Position numbers and translations under genes: made by a program | In this document: positions 61,690 to 64,000 of the stretch, piece after piece | How positions within the stretch are numbered: position 1 is the stretch's first letter | How the letters are laid out: every line of letters begins with the position of its first letter | The notes under the pieces: model-generated | The model's input: the letters and a program-made list of their open reading frames with translations, nothing else | The model's database searches: none | Told to the model about the DNA's origin: nothing | Assembly (NCBI GenBank): GCA_963768415.1 | Contig: CAVYHX010000014.1 | Span: forward strand, 5,431 to 69,430 | Origin: an uncultured Gammaproteobacteria bacterium | GTDB lineage: Bacteria > Pseudomonadota > Gammaproteobacteria > UBA9214 | Direction of reading: 5' to 3' | DNA length: 64,000 nt

Positions 61690-61837
61690 AGAACCCACAT
61701 ACCACCAGTCGTCAGGTCTGGTGAGATAAAACCTGACAAGTCTGTACGATCAGGCCTGGGTTGTCACAGCCAAGCATTTTGCTGGCAGTATTTGGGCAAC
61801 ACCCAACCATAACTGTTTGTTTCTATTGACTCAGCTC

Positions 61838-61865
61838 CGGGTTCGATTCCCGCCGTCTCCACCAA
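61838..61865 (+). repeat. Direct repeat copy 2 (att-like), the displaced tmRNA 3' end
   Basis: cgggttcgattcccgccgTctccaccaa. There is no tmRNA body upstream of it. Confidence 0.9.
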
Positions 61866-61870
61866 TATAA

Positions 61871-61899
61871 AAGGCCACCCGAATGGGTGGCCTTTTTTT
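61871..61899 (+). terminator. Rho-independent terminator, presumably the ancestral ssrA terminator
   Basis: aaggccaccc-gaat-gggtggcctt followed by a T7 run, 6 nt after repeat copy 2. Confidence 0.8.
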
Positions 61900-62225
61900 A
61901 TGGCTCTTCCCCTGATTGAGTGGGTAACACATCAATTTAGACGAGACGCTTTCCTTCTGATGGCAAGGTTGTTGGCCGAATACCCGATAAAGCGCCGGGC
62001 ACAAGTGAATTCGGCCCTACAACGGTAATCTACCCACTCGATGTGGGGAAAAGCCTTTTTATATTTGTGGAGATAACGATGGTTCGCCAGCTAGAGCCTG
62101 CTCCTACACCCGATTTGGGAGCGTTCCCCGCCTTCAGCCCCGTAGGCCGGGTCAAGGAGCAACGCGACGGACCCGGCGGAGATTGCTGATCAGAACCGGC
62201 AGTAACGAAGATTGTCACAAGTTTC

Positions 62226-63137
62226 ATGGTAGCTGATAATCAACCCATGGTCCGTCTTGCCGTCATTGTCATGCTGGCCGTGTTCATCTCTGCCTGCAGC
62301 CGGGCCGAGTTCGCCTACCGCAATGCGGACTGGCTACTGGACTACTACGCCTGGCAGACTGTTCGAATCAACAAGGCTCAGCGCGATTACTGGCAGCCGC
62401 TAAAGAAAGCCGCACTGCAGCACCACCGCGAGGAGGAACTGCCACTTGTTATCGCCTGGCTGGACCTGGCCGGGCGCATTATCAGGGAAACGGACGCCAC
62501 GCCTGGCGCTGCCTGCCTGGTCGACAGCGCCCTGCTTCTCTCCGAGCGGCATGCACGCCTTGCCGTCAACCTCAGCGTTCCCCTGTTTGCCGACCTTGAT
62601 GCCAGCCAGATCCGGCACCTCGCCGGGTACATGGCGCAGCGCCAACAGGATGCAGTAAAGCGTTACCTCGATGCGGATCCCGAAAAGAGGAAGGCTTCAC
62701 GGCAGGAACGGTTCCTCGACCGGGTCGAGCACTGGACCGGGAAATTGAATGCCAGCCAGAGAACGCGGATCCGGGACGCCCTCGAACGTATCCCTGATCT
62801 GAGCGCATCGTGGCTGGCGCATCGCGCCCAGCAAACGGACACCTTGCTGGCCATGCTCGAGACAGGCGCAAGCGCAGAAGACTTGCGAAAATACCTCGAA
62901 GAATGGTGGGTACAGCGGGAAGGGACATCGGCACAAACCCTGCGGCTGTGGCGCATTGCCAGGGATGAGTTCGTGCAACTGATGGATGAACTTGCCACAA
63001 CGCTCACCCGCAAGCAGCGCGCAAGGCTCGAGGACCGGCTTGACGACTTGCGCGCTGACCTGGCAGCTTTCCTGCCAGAGCGGCAACTGCCGGCAGACCT
63101 GCAGACTGTGCCAACCTGTGCCGGCGCAGCCGTTTGA
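62226..63137 (+). CDS. Putative lipoprotein (DUF6279-like)
   Basis: 303-aa ORF. The alternative start is MVRLAVIVMLAVFISAC (lipobox) at 62247. The protein is helical and Arg/Glu-rich. The family name is recalled from similar annotated lipoproteins and was not verified. Confidence 0.55.
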   Translation: MVADNQPMVRLAVIVMLAVFISACSRAEFAYRNADWLLDYYAWQTVRINKAQRDYWQPLKKAALQHHREEELPLVIAWLDLAGRIIRETDATPGAACLVDSALLLSERHARLAVNLSVPLFADLDASQIRHLAGYMAQRQQDAVKRYLDADPEKRKASRQERFLDRVEHWTGKLNASQRTRIRDALERIPDLSASWLAHRAQQTDTLLAMLETGASAEDLRKYLEEWWVQREGTSAQTLRLWRIARDEFVQLMDELATTLTRKQRARLEDRLDDLRADLAAFLPERQLPADLQTVPTCAGAAV

Positions 63138-63202
63138 TACGCGTACACTCGCCGCAGCAAGCTGTCTTCATGGTAAATAACATTCGTAATACTGGCATTC
63201 AA

Positions 63203-63394
63203 ATGCAACTCAAAGATCTTGCATGCTCCACACTGGCCGTGGCCTTGTTACTGGCTGGTTGCACCAGTCCTCCCGGCAAGCCGACAACCATGCAAGCCTT
63301 GCCGGAATGCGGCTGGCTGCCAAATTGCGTTAACAGCGAATCCGGTCGTGGCGCACAGGCCAGCAAACCGCTCGGGGCAAATGCGCAAGGCTGA
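63203..63394 (+). pseudogene. N-terminal fragment of a DUF1499-family lipoprotein
   Basis: MQLKDLACSTLAVALLLAGCTSPPGKPTTMQALPECGWLPNCVNSES.. has a lipobox and the family-typical LPxC..PNCV(S/N)S motif. It stops after 63 aa, and I found no continuation in any frame. Confidence 0.5.
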
Positions 63395-64000
63395 CTATCG
63401 ATTAACTGCCGGATACGTTCCCGTGTAGCCGGATCAGCTGTTGCAGCCGCACTGGCAGTAATGTCGTTACTCCTGAGGAGCGGTTCATCGACATTTTTCA
63501 TAGCATTCCTTTCAAGGTCGCCAGCGAACCGGGTGGTTCACATGGGTTGTACAATCGTAAATGCGCCGCGGATATCACCGAGGCGATACCCGGTTGCCCG
63601 GTCCTGCGGATAGAGTGCCTTGATCTTTTCTCCAAGCGCACCCTCGAAGATTGCTGCCAGAAGCCTGTAACAGGCTTGCATGCAGCAGAAGCATGACCCG
63701 CGTATCTCGAGTAAATCCATCTGTAAAAAATCTGCTGTTGCGTGCAACTTATCCTGACTGTATCCATGCAAGCCCTGTTGATAACCCGTCCCGGAAGGTG
63801 CCCGCCGGTGCTTGCTCCGCATTGCCGGCATTACCTGGCGACAGCTGGCAGTCTCCCCTGCCTACCTTGCTCACGGGCGAACTCCCGTCTGGTCGTGTAG
63901 ACTCATACCTGACCAGATCGCAGTAAATCGCGCATGATCACCGGTGGTTGGACTCGCTGCATGTCATTAATATTCATCTTATGCAAATATACTGGTTCGA

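Larger units (their letters stand above)
54914..61837. mobile_element. ssrA-associated genomic island of about 6.9 kb, with no recognisable integrase (probably immobilised)
   Basis: It is bracketed by a 28-bp direct repeat of the tmRNA 3' end. The distal copy retains a strong terminator. The left part is visibly AT-rich: 24 of 60 G+C in the line 55921-55980, versus 40 of 60 in the line 20001-20060. The cargo is unrelated to the flanking housekeeping genes. Confidence 0.65.

Noticed and set aside
61711-61737. A hairpin gtcaggt-N13-acctgac after the pat stop might be a terminator.
   Set aside because: The stem is only 7 bp, the loop is large, and no U-tract follows. The evidence is insufficient.
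61917-62040. Nested short inverted repeats (gagtgggta/tacccactc and ggccgaat/attcggcc) just outside the right island junction might mark a small RNA or MITE.
   Set aside because: The arms are only 8-9 bp and far apart. This is compatible with chance in 64 kb, and I found no supporting promoter or terminator.

Overview
This 64-kb window comes from a high-G+C gammaproteobacterial chromosome. The gene order closely follows the Pseudomonas-type pnp-to-smpB block; that comparison is an inference from synteny, and no database was consulted. Almost everything is housekeeping and on the minus strand. In order: pnp-rpsO-truB-rbfA-infB-nusA-rimP-tRNA(fMet); the complete 14-gene nuoA-N operon with separate nuoC and nuoD; tRNA-Leu(GAG)-secG-tpiA-(small secreted ORF)-glmM-folP-ftsH-rlmE; yhbY; a DUF4149 membrane protein; greA-carB-carA-dapB-dnaJ-dnaK-grpE-hrcA; nadK, recN, fur, bamE, rnfH-ratA, an SNF-family Na+ symporter, smpB, an MlaC-like protein, htpX, lon and ssrA (tmRNA, tag ANDDNYALAA). 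The only clearly accessory DNA is about 6.9 kb inserted at the 3' end of ssrA. It is bounded by a 28-bp direct repeat of the tmRNA 3' end (27/28 identical), and the displaced copy still carries the terminator. This island has no recognisable integrase and is visibly AT-richer than the rest of the window. It carries a NifX-like/ZIP-transporter/DUF2202 operon, a DUF1269-like membrane protein, and a divergent HDAC-family deacetylase / Pat-type lysine acetyltransferase pair. The second notable pattern is five single-base insertions that break four otherwise well-conserved essential genes between 27.8 and 41.6 kb: folP, greA, dapB (twice) and grpE. Sequence or assembly error is the most likely cause. 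The carB/greA junction is odd enough to check separately. I also found REP/MITE-like inverted-repeat elements, a CIRCE-like operator upstream of hrcA, a sigma-32-type promoter upstream of dnaK, and a hairpin in the carA leader. I saw no CRISPR array, no rRNA, no transposase or integrase, and no recognisable defence system. I cannot point to a convincing wholly novel system; the ssrA island is the best candidate for follow-up.
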